Positions 9,001 to 18,151 of a DNA stretch of 30,200 nt are shown one piece after another. The first letter of the stretch is position 1. Each line of letters begins with the position of its first letter. The notes under the pieces are model-generated. The model was not told where the DNA came from and did not search any database. It was given only the letters and a program-made list of their open reading frames with translations. Made by a program: the position numbers and the translations under genes. The DNA lies in IMG/VR virus record IMGVR_UViG_3300005805_000320, positions 1-30,200 of that record. One strand, given 5' to 3'. Source of the DNA: a virus (lineage: Duplodnaviria; Caudoviricetes).

Positions 9001-10802
9001 TTTCTAACAGGATCGTATTTAACATTCCAAGCGTTTGTATGTACATCATCTAATAACCTTATAAATCCTTCAGTAGACGCCATTATGACCGCAATAATAT
9101 TTCTAACGGTAGGAGTAAAACCAATACCGGTTGCGGTATCTTCTATTTTTCTTAACAGTGCTGCCGAAATTTTACTTTCATAATCTGAAAGTTTTTTATT
9201 CGCTTGTGTTTCAAGTAAATTAATTTCTTTATCGAAACGTCCATCTCCCTCAAAGATAAACCATTTTTGTGGTACCTCATTGTATGTTTTCTTACCCTCA
9301 AATGCACTCTGTTCAATTACTGGTTTCCACAAGTAGGAAAATGAATTTTGCACTTTAAGTATATCTTCTTCTGTTGGATTAGTAATTCCAGTTTGGACTC
9401 TAACCGTTTCCAACCAATCAATTTCTGTTTTTGGTGGGGGTCCTATCACAATCATACTTGATTTTATTGGGTTTGGAATTGAATCAGTACCTCTCGCTCC
9501 TAAAGTAGGATTTTCTACCAAAGAGCTATTATACTTAACAATTTCACCATTCAACTCTGAAATTGCAGTATCTTTTACCGACTGTGCTAAATCTTTGAAG
9601 ATATACACATTTTTATTTCCTATCAAAACTATAGGTTTCGGGTTAATAAAAGTGTTGAACCAAGAGTTAGTTGCACCTCTAATCCTACTAAAATATTGTG
9701 TTAATATCCCCTTATAATTTCTTATGTTTGTTAGTGATTCTACTTCTGTCTTGTCAAATGAATTTACTATGTTTTGTTCAAAACTCTCCAACTTATTCAT
9801 TAGTTGAACTAATGTAAGCTCCGGAAAATCAGGATTAATTAACCCTTTTGCCTTATATTCACTATAAACTTCAACAATTTTTTGATACCCTTTTTCCGCA
9901 ACAATTTGTGTTACTACCGCCTCATTTGACCCTAAATTATTTGCCCCTCTTTCCGCTTGAGTACTAGCCTGTGATTCCGCAGACTTGTTTGATTGTTGCG
10001 GACCATCAACGGTCTGAGTAATATCAAATCTTTGGCTATACATGTGTGGAGCGGCTAAGAGGTGTCCCATAGCGACTTCATTTAGAATATTAAATTTATA
10101 TCCCTTGAATTGTAATCGGACCAAATAGTTTCCACTGAAACCATTGAAGGATGCGTGAAATTTCTCCAAATTCAACTGATACCTTACCGCTTGTCCATAG
10201 TACCCTTTCAATGTGAGATAAAATTGTGGATATGGTAAATTAAAGAAAGCAGAATATGGAGAATTGTCACCTAATTCAAATAATCCTTTCCCTTGGACAT
10301 CTTCCAATAATATTTCTACTGAAGGTATGAAACTAGTATTTGTTGAAATATTAATTGATGTAATCCCCAACAACCCATTATCAATAATATTTGTTTCGTC
10401 CACAACTGTATTTCTGATGTAAGCATCTTGTCCTTCTGTTCCTTTGATTCCAATTTCTTTCGGTTGGTTTTCCCCATTGAATTGTGTTGAATTTTCTCCA
10501 GTCAACTGGTCATAATATCCCGTTCCTAAATATGAATTTTTTGTTGGTTTTAAAAAATTAATTTTTGCAACTGAAATTGTCCTAATTCTATCTTCAGGGC
10601 TACCTCCCGCAGCTAATTTGGTTCTCGGTAAGACATCCGCCTCCAAATTAGCATACATTACAAGATTCTCGTGGTCAACAAGTCTTTCACTAATATTACC
10701 AAAATCATCTATGGTTTTATTAGGGTCAACCACAATAATATTGTTGTAGTCAAATTCTACTAAAATATTTCCGCTTGTGTCCGCTTGTATGTTACCTGCC
10801 AT
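3084..10802 (-). CDS. Giant baseplate hub-like protein (gp27/GpD-like) with C-terminal accessory domains including IPT/TIG
   Basis: 2572 aa, downstream of the gp53/LysM-like gene. SVTSLGNALIQPTMYF...NGPYMITSVSHSIQPGSFQTTFDGIR resembles the hub/GpD C-terminal barrel. PPVISTFSPSAGNTGTIVQVNGRNF is an IPT/TIG signature. Confidence 0.6.
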   Translation of the reverse strand: MAGNIQADTSGNILVEFDYNNIIVVDPNKTIDDFGNISERLVDHENLVMYANLEADVLPRTKLAAGGSPEDRIRTISVAKINFLKPTKNSYLGTGYYDQLTGENSTQFNGENQPKEIGIKGTEGQDAYIRNTVVDETNIIDNGLLGITSINISTNTSFIPSVEILLEDVQGKGLFELGDNSPYSAFFNLPYPQFYLTLKGYYGQAVRYQLNLEKFHASFNGFSGNYLVRLQFKGYKFNILNEVAMGHLLAAPHMYSQRFDITQTVDGPQQSNKSAESQASTQAERGANNLGSNEAVVTQIVAEKGYQKIVEVYSEYKAKGLINPDFPELTLVQLMNKLESFEQNIVNSFDKTEVESLTNIRNYKGILTQYFSRIRGATNSWFNTFINPKPIVLIGNKNVYIFKDLAQSVKDTAISELNGEIVKYNSSLVENPTLGARGTDSIPNPIKSSMIVIGPPPKTEIDWLETVRVQTGITNPTEEDILKVQNSFSYLWKPVIEQSAFEGKKTYNEVPQKWFIFEGDGRFDKEINLLETQANKKLSDYESKISAALLRKIEDTATGIGFTPTVRNIIAVIMASTEGFIRLLDDVHTNAWNVKYDPVRKKAILDNPASAPSSETVDQVVRVSDNLVNQNQLDDIVNNSEIPVYPWPQYFVETPDDKKGRFQLKYLADPSVVDTTQGYLYDKWPEVEFVEEYMKGLTQKFQNPSAPPPLDNERDTNIININAIEYPSTGIPYANKEEVKFFYEIWERQFLTSHYSGLVRANLNQVDELIKLNIETEVNNIQTKLGISSPYLTLKLKNFNLDATNYPNFLRTISNSGTGRAYQDYIRDFFVTPYIKGITENSFAILSALDLGKIPQVSTKSDALRLLLNNASNTPLIVDTLPYTDPTWCLNNLNQGNSAFSNQVYSTNKSLTIFEPRKIISNFTDVYDYTTNRPVTNFSYLLNRNPSIEASTDGALNSGNVDLNVFYFQRQPDNFIATEGYIDGILPSVFGINLAFTFKRTTSMLNTPYFVNAIQNGVYNSRIPENPYPYVQAAYLFLNSLPLATLREKYKSVSNDVVSDLDYISSSLKKFGAIHKLPYAWILKYGSIWHRYKKYKESNIDILQSAWKNFDYAGNYYPPTSSTTQTYSFKYSELETNIQLQSETDSDVKMQLGFYPKIINDFSVFYNGYDLYQNYTDAEIQNSINAGMKIYNFSSSNIVNAKQGDKNLRLNTWSVLLPNLSPEVPIDCNPKDNTKSGDYFVIPSFGTPFNQTVNSCITNETTTPTTSVNLTNNSSVYNGSVRCLWPAPNFGYFDNDQLAFPEPDSYLNFITTGSTSQPPLHFLTQDRYTKIEEIFSVFEKKILDVFELEFLNFCKPISNATVGRDVSTFGQSTVNLNANFKNFQSLFKSLMTVPTKVQGETDEQYFTNTINNQYTLFQSGIRSFMEYDIVFKYGNPSNYERRIFDSYLSHNNSEAVVDPITFKPYVPNSLPQSGSDLTLSQSQANNRQAWLALETEVGFSTIPNVRYSSLGSYITDFFIDNNIEFTSQNVTLLAPIIKMYATQKLVNPSISASQFQTQLNQYLQQEVGLQNNFLNGVLTGLRKVLPNQQQLPERVINSVITGEQSKVENYEVFKALNDKWVAGGDYTTKTLFEDMLFLDRASRNIGDTILLDIFDLKYMFGIGGNPGEYSLNQAMSVFTFISGILIKNNFTVMPLPAYVNFYNVQDVGGTSIPKPEGSLQFANKLWGTFLDVDYRDSGPKLVCFYVGKPSQYLNLPKGNFRFRDDAFDMRRASENPLLENLDGKKDYDKSNKCVGFNVDVGTRNQNIFYSFTVSQDNGVATSEAINTQLNMVDQASGRSVATQNNGLYNLYKNRSYKSSVTSLGNALIQPTMYFNVRHVPMFNGPYMITSVSHSIQPGSFQTTFDGIRQGIFDLPAIDSFLQSINQNLITKLEELLKINKDQVTVSATTNNIKSTQVVQKANNTLDTTNSCTSKITESVYLNGGYVADNGIPTNITPKQLADALKRLIPNNPTLQTIIYCISYVRTFQPDADTKIGSFNSWNYNLTTLPLTTDWGAQVSLLGKTYTCVNIKTSPSSNSSQPIAHFSSLDSYINFMSSRLTPRIPLILNIGLVKYYVCYWPTTNISESYYDSNVGTFKQTKDTMYEGLKSAVEAGLTDTSLSIEFKVQIDKTENNGKTPGVTPTPSPIPPNVGQTCPPPVISTFSPSAGNTGTIVQVNGRNFESVKSIRVINKDVELKDITVFNPQTLRFTLPAVQIPEGQSVATGRISITTEYGTFESLVDFTFNPSLPNETSSPGGYANKNSQEQLSISQQNILGSNPNPQNTGPIPLIETKQVKDETGSTSKLVVRVNPEVTGWKISETNLYSYTINEVVEGPNNTIKLNQVKKLDNQKLEQFVSEDQQEFIVNEQQMIELLNLNDYKISTTKTIVFITLTALPDDRSVNSENVTLNFTFELNIPSVVKRGKGRLSLVSDTNSGGLPNFNGNSYYNIEKPNGGYYTYQLTPTTNLTVLKTEIVRVPEIDTMTITITNGPNTKYTNLIRVSALGEFQLAIRYIESELPNEPFNVTSGKIIL

Positions 10803-11115
10803 AATAATAAAAATGATTTTCTAATGCAGCCTTATAGTCTTGTAATGATGGTAGTAATGGAAATGGGATAATCAATACCGCCCCATCATAAATGTTATTT
10901 TCAAGACCTCCGAATTGAGGATTAGCCTGAAGTATCAACCACCCGAATACTGGAGAATTATAAAATTCTTGAGATACTTTATCTAACCTACTTTTAGCTA
11001 CTTTATATATAAATGCTTTATCAGTTGGTTTTGAAGGCAAGTAGACAAAGGGAACTACAGTTTGGTCCCCATTAATTAGAAAATCACTATATCGGTTATA
11101 ATATTGATATGCCAT
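10792..11115 (-). CDS. Baseplate wedge protein, T4 gp53 / LysM / tail-X-like
   Basis: RLDKVSQEFYNSPVFGWLILQANP...GAVLIIP is the LysM-like pattern of gp53/gpX proteins. It overlaps both neighbours (TAATG at 11115; 11 nt with the hub gene). Confidence 0.75.
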   Translation of the reverse strand: MAYQYYNRYSDFLINGDQTVVPFVYLPSKPTDKAFIYKVAKSRLDKVSQEFYNSPVFGWLILQANPQFGGLENNIYDGAVLIIPFPLLPSLQDYKAALENHFYYYGR

Positions 11116-14100
11116 TAGTTAAGTTTTGCTTTTGATATTAGTGCCCCTGTTGTATTACCGTCATCATCATTCCAAGTTAATACATTTGTATTCTGATTTG
11201 TCGTATTTCCCAACCCTTTTATCATATTTTCTTGTGATTTTTTCTTTCCATCATCTAAAAGATTTTCCGTAGTAAACGTCAAATTCCTTTGTTTAACATC
11301 AAATGGTGTATAAATTAAATAATCTTTTAAATCATTTTTTTCTAAGTTTTCGATAAATGACTTTGTAATATTATTCTCCTCCAAGAAAACAGGTCTTGCA
11401 ATTCTTAACCAATATGTATCAAATATGTCTTCAATGTCAACAGACCCATTACCAATTAGTGCTTGGTTTCCGAGTATGTTTCCGATTAATTGTTGTTTGA
11501 AAGTTTCATATTTTTTATCATCAATTACATCATCAGAAATTATCATATAGACTCTTCTGAATGGATAATTTTCTACATTATCACTAAACAAAGCACTTGT
11601 ACTAAATGGAATAAAAACCTTTTGAACTGAAACCTTGTCTGATTTACCATTTATAGCCTCGAAAACTAAAATACCCTCATATTGTTTATTATCACCAGGA
11701 TATGTAAATTTTATATTATTTTGTGTAATTTTATTGAACATTGTAATACCTGATAGTATTTTTGTAGTATCCTCAACCAATTCCAAATATGTGTTAGAAC
11801 TAGTAGACATTTGATTAACATCACTAGTTCCAGATGTAATATATATTGTGACAGGTCCATTAGTAGATTGGAATCCATCTGTACCATTATCAAAATCACC
11901 AGGATCGAAAAGAATAGTGTTCAACCTAGCTAAAGTTTGAATATAAGTTTGTTCTTGATTCACTAAACTTTGTGTTATACTTGAAATTCCATTTTGGAAA
12001 GACCCACGTTTTTTACTAACAAAATTAAAATAATTTTCTTTCAGAGTTCTTATTAAAGCCGGTGGTAAATTTTTAGAAGGTTCTGAAACATATTGAATAA
12101 ATCCCTCGACACCATCTTGTATATTTTTTTCAAGTTGTGCAAATATTTCGTTGAATCTGTTTTCGACATTGTTCGGTTTTCCAAATAGAACCACATTACT
12201 ATCGAGATTAACATATAATTTTCCTTGAGTATAATTTCTTTCTAACATCCACTGTTGTCTCACAGCATTATTGTATTGGTTAACAGTTTCTTTGGATTTG
12301 TTAACTACGTTAGTAAAATACGTTTGTGTCTCAGAAACTACTCTACCCATAAACGAACTATAACTAATTACACCTGTAGTAATACCACTTGTATTTGTTT
12401 CAGAACTTATTATATTACCTATCGTACTATTATTATCTTGTCCATTGTTTGCCGCGGCATTATTAGCCCCAGGTATTGGAGGTGGAGTTTGGCCCGCAAG
12501 AAAAAATTGGTCTAATATTTTCAAGTTATCTGCAGATTCTGTATCCGTAGTATCCGATCTATCGTCATAAATTTCAGTATTAGCATAGTAGTTGAATGTC
12601 AATGCATTTTGCAATTTATCAACAGATTCTTTTAAACCACTTCCTCCTACAAAGTTAAAACTCAAAGTAACATTAGCAATCATCGGTTGGACACCGATTC
12701 CTTCAGGATTAATATCCAATCCTTCGTATTGGATTTGGAGACCATTAGGTATAATTTTAGTGTTATAAAAATCACCAACCCTCAATACTAGTACAGGTGG
12801 AGCTCCAAACGATGTATTATTAGCATTATTATAAACTAATTCTCCCTTAGCATTTGGAGTCGTTTGTTTGACAGTTGGTATCGTATCTCCAGGTCTCATA
12901 CATTGTTGCAAGAATGTTAATCTTGAATTCAATCCCTCTGGTGTCATGGAGTGAAATGACGGTTGAAAAAACTTCAACTTGTCTTTCAAATTATCAAAAA
13001 CCATCGGTGTTTCAGCTTTGATTGTTTCAAAGTAATCACACTCAGACAATAATGCTCTAATAACTCTTTTGGTTATATTATCTCTCGGTTTCCATTCTTG
13101 AGTAACTTCTTCGGTTCTAACAGTTTCAGTAACAACATTACCAACCAAAACGTCAACTCTATTCGGTACTGGGTCAGATTTTGGGGCTTCTATTGTTGTT
13201 GACACACTTTTGATAAACGCCCTTCTACATGCCATTGCTGGCACGGTAAAAATGTCTTTCGAACCTGCCTGAATATCACCTCCTACAGCATTTTGGTCTT
13301 TGTCAGTGCAATTAAAGGTCCTACCTAAATCTGTTAAACTGTCGACATTGTATGAGTCTTGACCTGCAACACCTCTTTTAACTTGTGAAGAATCCGCGGT
13401 TCCTCCTGAACCATCAATAGTAGCTTCTTCACCGAGAGGTGTACCCCCCAAAACTAGTAATTTTTTTGGAGAAGAGTTAACGTATTTCGTAAGAGCGGGG
13501 TTATTATTAAAAAACTCAACCATTGACTGAATTCTTCTTCTTGATAATTCGAGGTTATACGCCTTTGTCGCTGGAGCAGAACAACTTGAATCGATATTAA
13601 GTGTTATTGTACCTGGATTGTTTATATCTGTTTCCAAAATTTTAGCTAACTCAACACAAAATTGTTCCGCAACTTTGAAATTTGGAGTTACTACAGTATC
13701 GAAAAATGTACTTGTCGCGTCTGCATTGGGTTTTGAGTTGTAATTATTTCTATTTGATGTTGATGTGTATGCACTGTAAAGTGGAACATAGTCGATATTT
13801 CCATTTGGTTTCGGGAAGTCATTTTCAAAGTACAATCCCAAATTAACATATTTCTCTATTAATGTTTTAACTTCATTATTAATAGTACCCTGAGAAAGCG
13901 CTGCTCCAGCCCCATTCGGAGAGTTATATCCTGTTTCAATTGTTTTACGAGTATATTCAATTTGTTCTCGAGTCATTTCTTTCGAAGAAATTGCTTGTTG
14001 TAACTCAAACAAATCATTGGGGTTTACTGTGACATATTTTTTAGCTAATTCATAGATGTCATATTTTCTGCAACCAGCAAAAAATGATTCTAAAATACTA

Positions 14101-16229
14101 TCAACTCTTACCTTATTTGTTTCATTACCCAAAACTTTATTCACAATAACATTAAGAACTGATGGGTGGTCAACAACAATTTTCCAAGACAAAGACCCTC
14201 CTCTACTTGTATTTTTATATGTGTAGATTGGTTCTGGCCGTCCCAAGAAATCTGATGTATTCCAATTTGCACTCACGTTTTCACTAAATGTCAATCCATA
14301 AGGTGGAAACCACATTACTCTACCACCGTTAGGACCTCTTTCACAAACAGGTAAATCTGAGGTTGAAAATCCTGGTGTACTAGATGTCCTCCACGCCAAA
14401 TTTTCCAATGAAAACATATATTTCTTAGCAACCGCATTATTGATTGTTCCAACAATATTTGTTGAACTTTGTCCACCCTCTTGTTTGTTTGGGACAATAT
14501 TTAAGTTATATGTCTTGTCTAAAACAGAATAAGAAAATCTACGGTTTTCAGTAGTAATACCATCTTGTTTTTGTAAATCGTTGTATTGAAGATAAGGTAG
14601 GTCTTTAGCAAAAACACGGCAATATTCTGTACCAACTTCTTGTCCAATCGCTCCTTCGTAACGATAAACTCTAGATCCTTTGGTCAGTTCTTTATATCCA
14701 TCATTGAATACTTTACTAACTTGGTCAATAGCATTTCCAACATGTTGAAGACGCTTGCCTCCTTGAGGTTGGCTATCAATTAATCTTTGAGTATTGTCAA
14801 GGATAGAACCTTCTTTAAGTGGGATTCCAACAGATTCTGTATTAACATATGATGAGGGTCTGAAGTCTTCATCTTGATTTGTAACCTCTCCGCCAATACC
14901 AACTTTTTTTCCTGCGTTATCTTTGTACTTTGGTGAAACCCAAGTAAAACCTCCTTCAATCCCTCCTCCATTACTATAAGTTGGCCCATTAGCCCCAAGT
15001 CGTATTGATTGACTTGGACCTTCATATAATTGAGCTAACTCTGATGGTCCATAAACTGGTGATTGTTGTTCAACACCAAATTGATTTACTGGAACCTGAC
15101 CAGAAGGGGAAAAAATTTGAGATGGATTGGAAGTAATACTTCCGACATAAAAATTACTGTTATCTGAAACTGTACCTGTAAGTACTCCACCAACTCTTTG
15201 AAAAAAATTTCTTGGAAAATTTGGCTTATACCTGTTAAAGTCTATGTTTTTGAATAATCGAGACCTTTGACCCGCGCCCATGTTGTTAAACATGATTTGA
15301 GAACCAGTCTCTCCTCCACCCATCAACCGATTGACGAACCTTCCGACTCCACTTTCTCTAAAAGCGTTACCTAATTGTTGTATCGTTGTTGGTTGACCTA
15401 AAGTAATATTAGGATCGAAATATGAGCCAGGTATAGGTGATACTGGTAAAATACTACCACCAAGTCTTAATGCAAAATTAGCGGCCGCGAGTACTGGATT
15501 TGCCGTTACCGTGATAGTATAAACAGGTTCTATAATAGGTACAACACCCGTCAGTATATTAACTAAGTCAGTACCACTACTAACATTAAGAATGTTTGCT
15601 CTTCCTAAAGTATCTTGTCGTATTTGTGCTGCAATCCTTTGTTCGAACTCTCGTCTCAAAGTTTGAGCACCTAAGCGAGCAATAAATGAATCTTGGCTCA
15701 ATAATCCATTATTTCCACTCGGATTTGGAGACAATAATATTGATAGAGGAGTATAATTTGAAGGTACAAATGTTGTTGGGTATGGTTGGTTATTATTATT
15801 ATTAGTAGTGAGTGGTCTATTTAATGACCCAAAAAACTCCGCACTATCCAATTGAATTTGACTCCCATTCGAAAAAACATTAAGGGGTTTCCATTTTTGA
15901 GACTCAGGTAAAGATTGACCAACTATATTCGCGTCTTGATATCCGTACTCTCCCTCATTGGATTTAGTGTTTGATAACGCATTAGGATCTGGTACCTGTT
16001 CATATCCACCTTCGTTACCATATTGATTTAATGGATATAGTTGGTTAGCAAAAGATGGGACATCAATTAACTTATCGGGACTGTCTTGTACTGATGAATC
16101 CGACTGTACATATTCAGTATTGATAGGTTGCGTTGGTCTATTGGGAGCCTTAGCGTATGGTGTTAAGTTCCTAACAATAAGTTTTTTTCTAAAACCATCT
16201 GAATTTACAAAATCTAACGGACTTGCCAT
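11115..16229 (-). CDS. Large baseplate/tail-tube-initiator-like protein with an inserted OmpA C-like domain
   Basis: 1704 aa, immediately after the tape measure. Tube-fold-like segments FSENVSANWNTSDFLGRPEPIYTYKNTSR and GAPPVLVLRVGDFY...PMIANVTLSF flank LYFEND...YNLELSRRRIQS...CRRAFI. Confidence 0.6.
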   Translation of the reverse strand: MASPLDFVNSDGFRKKLIVRNLTPYAKAPNRPTQPINTEYVQSDSSVQDSPDKLIDVPSFANQLYPLNQYGNEGGYEQVPDPNALSNTKSNEGEYGYQDANIVGQSLPESQKWKPLNVFSNGSQIQLDSAEFFGSLNRPLTTNNNNNQPYPTTFVPSNYTPLSILLSPNPSGNNGLLSQDSFIARLGAQTLRREFEQRIAAQIRQDTLGRANILNVSSGTDLVNILTGVVPIIEPVYTITVTANPVLAAANFALRLGGSILPVSPIPGSYFDPNITLGQPTTIQQLGNAFRESGVGRFVNRLMGGGETGSQIMFNNMGAGQRSRLFKNIDFNRYKPNFPRNFFQRVGGVLTGTVSDNSNFYVGSITSNPSQIFSPSGQVPVNQFGVEQQSPVYGPSELAQLYEGPSQSIRLGANGPTYSNGGGIEGGFTWVSPKYKDNAGKKVGIGGEVTNQDEDFRPSSYVNTESVGIPLKEGSILDNTQRLIDSQPQGGKRLQHVGNAIDQVSKVFNDGYKELTKGSRVYRYEGAIGQEVGTEYCRVFAKDLPYLQYNDLQKQDGITTENRRFSYSVLDKTYNLNIVPNKQEGGQSSTNIVGTINNAVAKKYMFSLENLAWRTSSTPGFSTSDLPVCERGPNGGRVMWFPPYGLTFSENVSANWNTSDFLGRPEPIYTYKNTSRGGSLSWKIVVDHPSVLNVIVNKVLGNETNKVRVDSILESFFAGCRKYDIYELAKKYVTVNPNDLFELQQAISSKEMTREQIEYTRKTIETGYNSPNGAGAALSQGTINNEVKTLIEKYVNLGLYFENDFPKPNGNIDYVPLYSAYTSTSNRNNYNSKPNADATSTFFDTVVTPNFKVAEQFCVELAKILETDINNPGTITLNIDSSCSAPATKAYNLELSRRRIQSMVEFFNNNPALTKYVNSSPKKLLVLGGTPLGEEATIDGSGGTADSSQVKRGVAGQDSYNVDSLTDLGRTFNCTDKDQNAVGGDIQAGSKDIFTVPAMACRRAFIKSVSTTIEAPKSDPVPNRVDVLVGNVVTETVRTEEVTQEWKPRDNITKRVIRALLSECDYFETIKAETPMVFDNLKDKLKFFQPSFHSMTPEGLNSRLTFLQQCMRPGDTIPTVKQTTPNAKGELVYNNANNTSFGAPPVLVLRVGDFYNTKIIPNGLQIQYEGLDINPEGIGVQPMIANVTLSFNFVGGSGLKESVDKLQNALTFNYYANTEIYDDRSDTTDTESADNLKILDQFFLAGQTPPPIPGANNAAANNGQDNNSTIGNIISSETNTSGITTGVISYSSFMGRVVSETQTYFTNVVNKSKETVNQYNNAVRQQWMLERNYTQGKLYVNLDSNVVLFGKPNNVENRFNEIFAQLEKNIQDGVEGFIQYVSEPSKNLPPALIRTLKENYFNFVSKKRGSFQNGISSITQSLVNQEQTYIQTLARLNTILFDPGDFDNGTDGFQSTNGPVTIYITSGTSDVNQMSTSSNTYLELVEDTTKILSGITMFNKITQNNIKFTYPGDNKQYEGILVFEAINGKSDKVSVQKVFIPFSTSALFSDNVENYPFRRVYMIISDDVIDDKKYETFKQQLIGNILGNQALIGNGSVDIEDIFDTYWLRIARPVFLEENNITKSFIENLEKNDLKDYLIYTPFDVKQRNLTFTTENLLDDGKKKSQENMIKGLGNTTNQNTNVLTWNDDDGNTTGALISKAKLN

Positions 16230-16241
16230 CTATATTTTTTT

Positions 16242-16253
16242 TATTTATAAATA
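16242..16253. promoter_or_regulatory. Palindromic TATTTATAAATA containing the putative late-promoter motif
   Basis: The minus-strand TATTTATA (16253-16246) lies 16 nt upstream of ATG 16229. Confidence 0.55.
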
Positions 16254-16269
16254 GATTGTTTAAGGTTTT

Positions 16270-18096
16270 TTAATTCCCGAAATTAGTTGTTACTGGATTA
16301 AGACCTTTACCTTCATTCATTATATTTTTTACTAAATTTTTAAATTCATCTGAGTTAAATAACTTATAAAAAGCTTTGTCAATTGTTTGAGTATCGGTTC
16401 CTGCTGGAGCAGTGACTTCCAATTTGATTGTGCCACCTATATCAATCGTAGATTTCATCATGCCATCAGAGGTTGTAGTGTTTCGTATAACCTCTTGTAC
16501 TTGTGTTTGTCTTCCCTCCAATAAACTAGATGTGGTCTGATTACCCGTCATTTGTTGAAGTGCTGTTTCTTTTTCAGTAATTTTTCCACTGATTTTATCT
16601 ATTAATTTTGCTTCAATAGATTCGTCATTAGCATTCAATCGTATTTCTTTTGATGTTTCTTCCAAAGATTTGATAAAATCTTTTTCAACTTTACTAAGTA
16701 AATCACCAGATTTATTCAAGTAATCGGATATTGAGGTTAGGGTATCTTTATTCGTCGAAGTTAAATCATAATACAAAGATTTAAGATCTGAAATTCCAGT
16801 TTCTGTAACATCTCTGACACTTTTTGTACTTCCCATTTTTGAAAATTCCCCACCCACATTTGTTACAGTTCCTCGTATATCTTCTTTAGCCTGTAATATT
16901 GGTCCAGCACTAACAATTCCTCCAACAATTTTAGCACGTATTGCCGAAACATCACCTTTAATCACCTCAGAAGTACTCATTTGGGTTCTGGCAATTTCTT
17001 CCATGTCTTTTGGACGATCTCTCTGTTCTTTGATTAAATTTTCAAATTCAGTTTGAGTGATTTCCGCTAACTTCCTTGTTTGTTCTATCCCTTCTTCATT
17101 TCGTATTTTAACTTCATACTCACCACCCTCACCCATCTTTGCGATGTTTGCAAGATATTCTTTGTCTTCTTCTTTAATGTCAAGGCCTGCTGCCCCTACC
17201 GCAGAAATTCTTTTATCCGCCTCAGCTGCCGCCAATCCTAACTTGCTCATTTCTGCTGCACTTACACCAGTTTGAGTTTGTAATTCTTTTAATGTAAGAA
17301 CCCCTTGTGGATTGATTTTGAATGTTTTTGTTTTTTCATCGAAATAGGTAAATTGTTTTGCAACATCAACTAAACTATCTTGTAGAGACCCTGGATCATT
17401 AATTGACGCGTTCATCAAAGCGAACGGGTCGACTAAATTTCCTGCGGCAACCCCGAGTCGTTGAAATGCTGCAGCAGTTTCAATTGCTCCTTCAGGGGAT
17501 AATACTTTATCAGCAAGTTGAAAGGTTTGATTCATATCAAACCTCAACATAGACGCTTGGGCAGCCATTTTTGTTAACCCTAAAACCCCACCTTCAAATT
17601 GGTATCGGTTCATTTGGTCCATATTGTTGGTGACATCTCTCATTACTGTTTGAGCGTTTCCTCCAATACTTTGAATGTAGTTGACCGATTCTTCTAATGT
17701 ATCTCCAATAGTTTCTATACCTGCTCCGGTATCTAAAAATGCTTTAGTCAAAGTGTCCGCCCCTAACTTCAAAACTTTTTGAGCAGCAAATAATTTTTCA
17801 ACTTCTTCTGTAGAAGCCACGACGTTTCGTCTTGATTGTACAGCAACTTCACCAATTATATTTGCAACATCACCAATACTCCCACCCATTCTTGCAATAC
17901 TTGGTGTAGTATCTGCCAGAGCGGTTTGGAGTTCGAGCATCCTCTGTCTCCCTTGAGTAAATAATTTATTTACATTATTAGCATATTCTGATAAGGCATC
18001 AGAGGATTCTATAAAAGTATTAGCATCAACTTTAAGTTGATTTAAAATATCTTCTTTGAGTTGTTCTATGGAATTCTTTTTGTCGTCAGTAGGCAT
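16270..18096 (-). CDS. Tape measure protein (putative)
   Basis: 608 aa, Ala/Gln/Leu-rich and helical in appearance, nearly lacking Trp and Cys. It occupies the canonical position: tube - chaperone - TMP - baseplate. Confidence 0.7.
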   Translation of the reverse strand: MPTDDKKNSIEQLKEDILNQLKVDANTFIESSDALSEYANNVNKLFTQGRQRMLELQTALADTTPSIARMGGSIGDVANIIGEVAVQSRRNVVASTEEVEKLFAAQKVLKLGADTLTKAFLDTGAGIETIGDTLEESVNYIQSIGGNAQTVMRDVTNNMDQMNRYQFEGGVLGLTKMAAQASMLRFDMNQTFQLADKVLSPEGAIETAAAFQRLGVAAGNLVDPFALMNASINDPGSLQDSLVDVAKQFTYFDEKTKTFKINPQGVLTLKELQTQTGVSAAEMSKLGLAAAEADKRISAVGAAGLDIKEEDKEYLANIAKMGEGGEYEVKIRNEEGIEQTRKLAEITQTEFENLIKEQRDRPKDMEEIARTQMSTSEVIKGDVSAIRAKIVGGIVSAGPILQAKEDIRGTVTNVGGEFSKMGSTKSVRDVTETGISDLKSLYYDLTSTNKDTLTSISDYLNKSGDLLSKVEKDFIKSLEETSKEIRLNANDESIEAKLIDKISGKITEKETALQQMTGNQTTSSLLEGRQTQVQEVIRNTTTSDGMMKSTIDIGGTIKLEVTAPAGTDTQTIDKAFYKLFNSDEFKNLVKNIMNEGKGLNPVTTNFGN

Positions 18097-18116
18097 AAAT
18101 GAATAAATTTATATAT

Positions 18117-18124
18117 TATAAATA
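18117..18124 (-). promoter_or_regulatory. TATTTATA putative late-promoter motif
   Basis: 20 nt upstream of the TMP ATG at 18096, directly after a terminator-like hairpin. Confidence 0.6.
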
Positions 18125-18125
18125 C

Positions 18126-18151
18126 AAAAGGACTGATTTTTCAGTCCTTTT
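18126..18151 (-). terminator. Terminator-like hairpin containing the stop of the chaperone extension ORF
   Basis: AAAAGGACTGA-TTTT-TCAGTCCTTTT, with T-tracts available on both strands. Confidence 0.7.
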
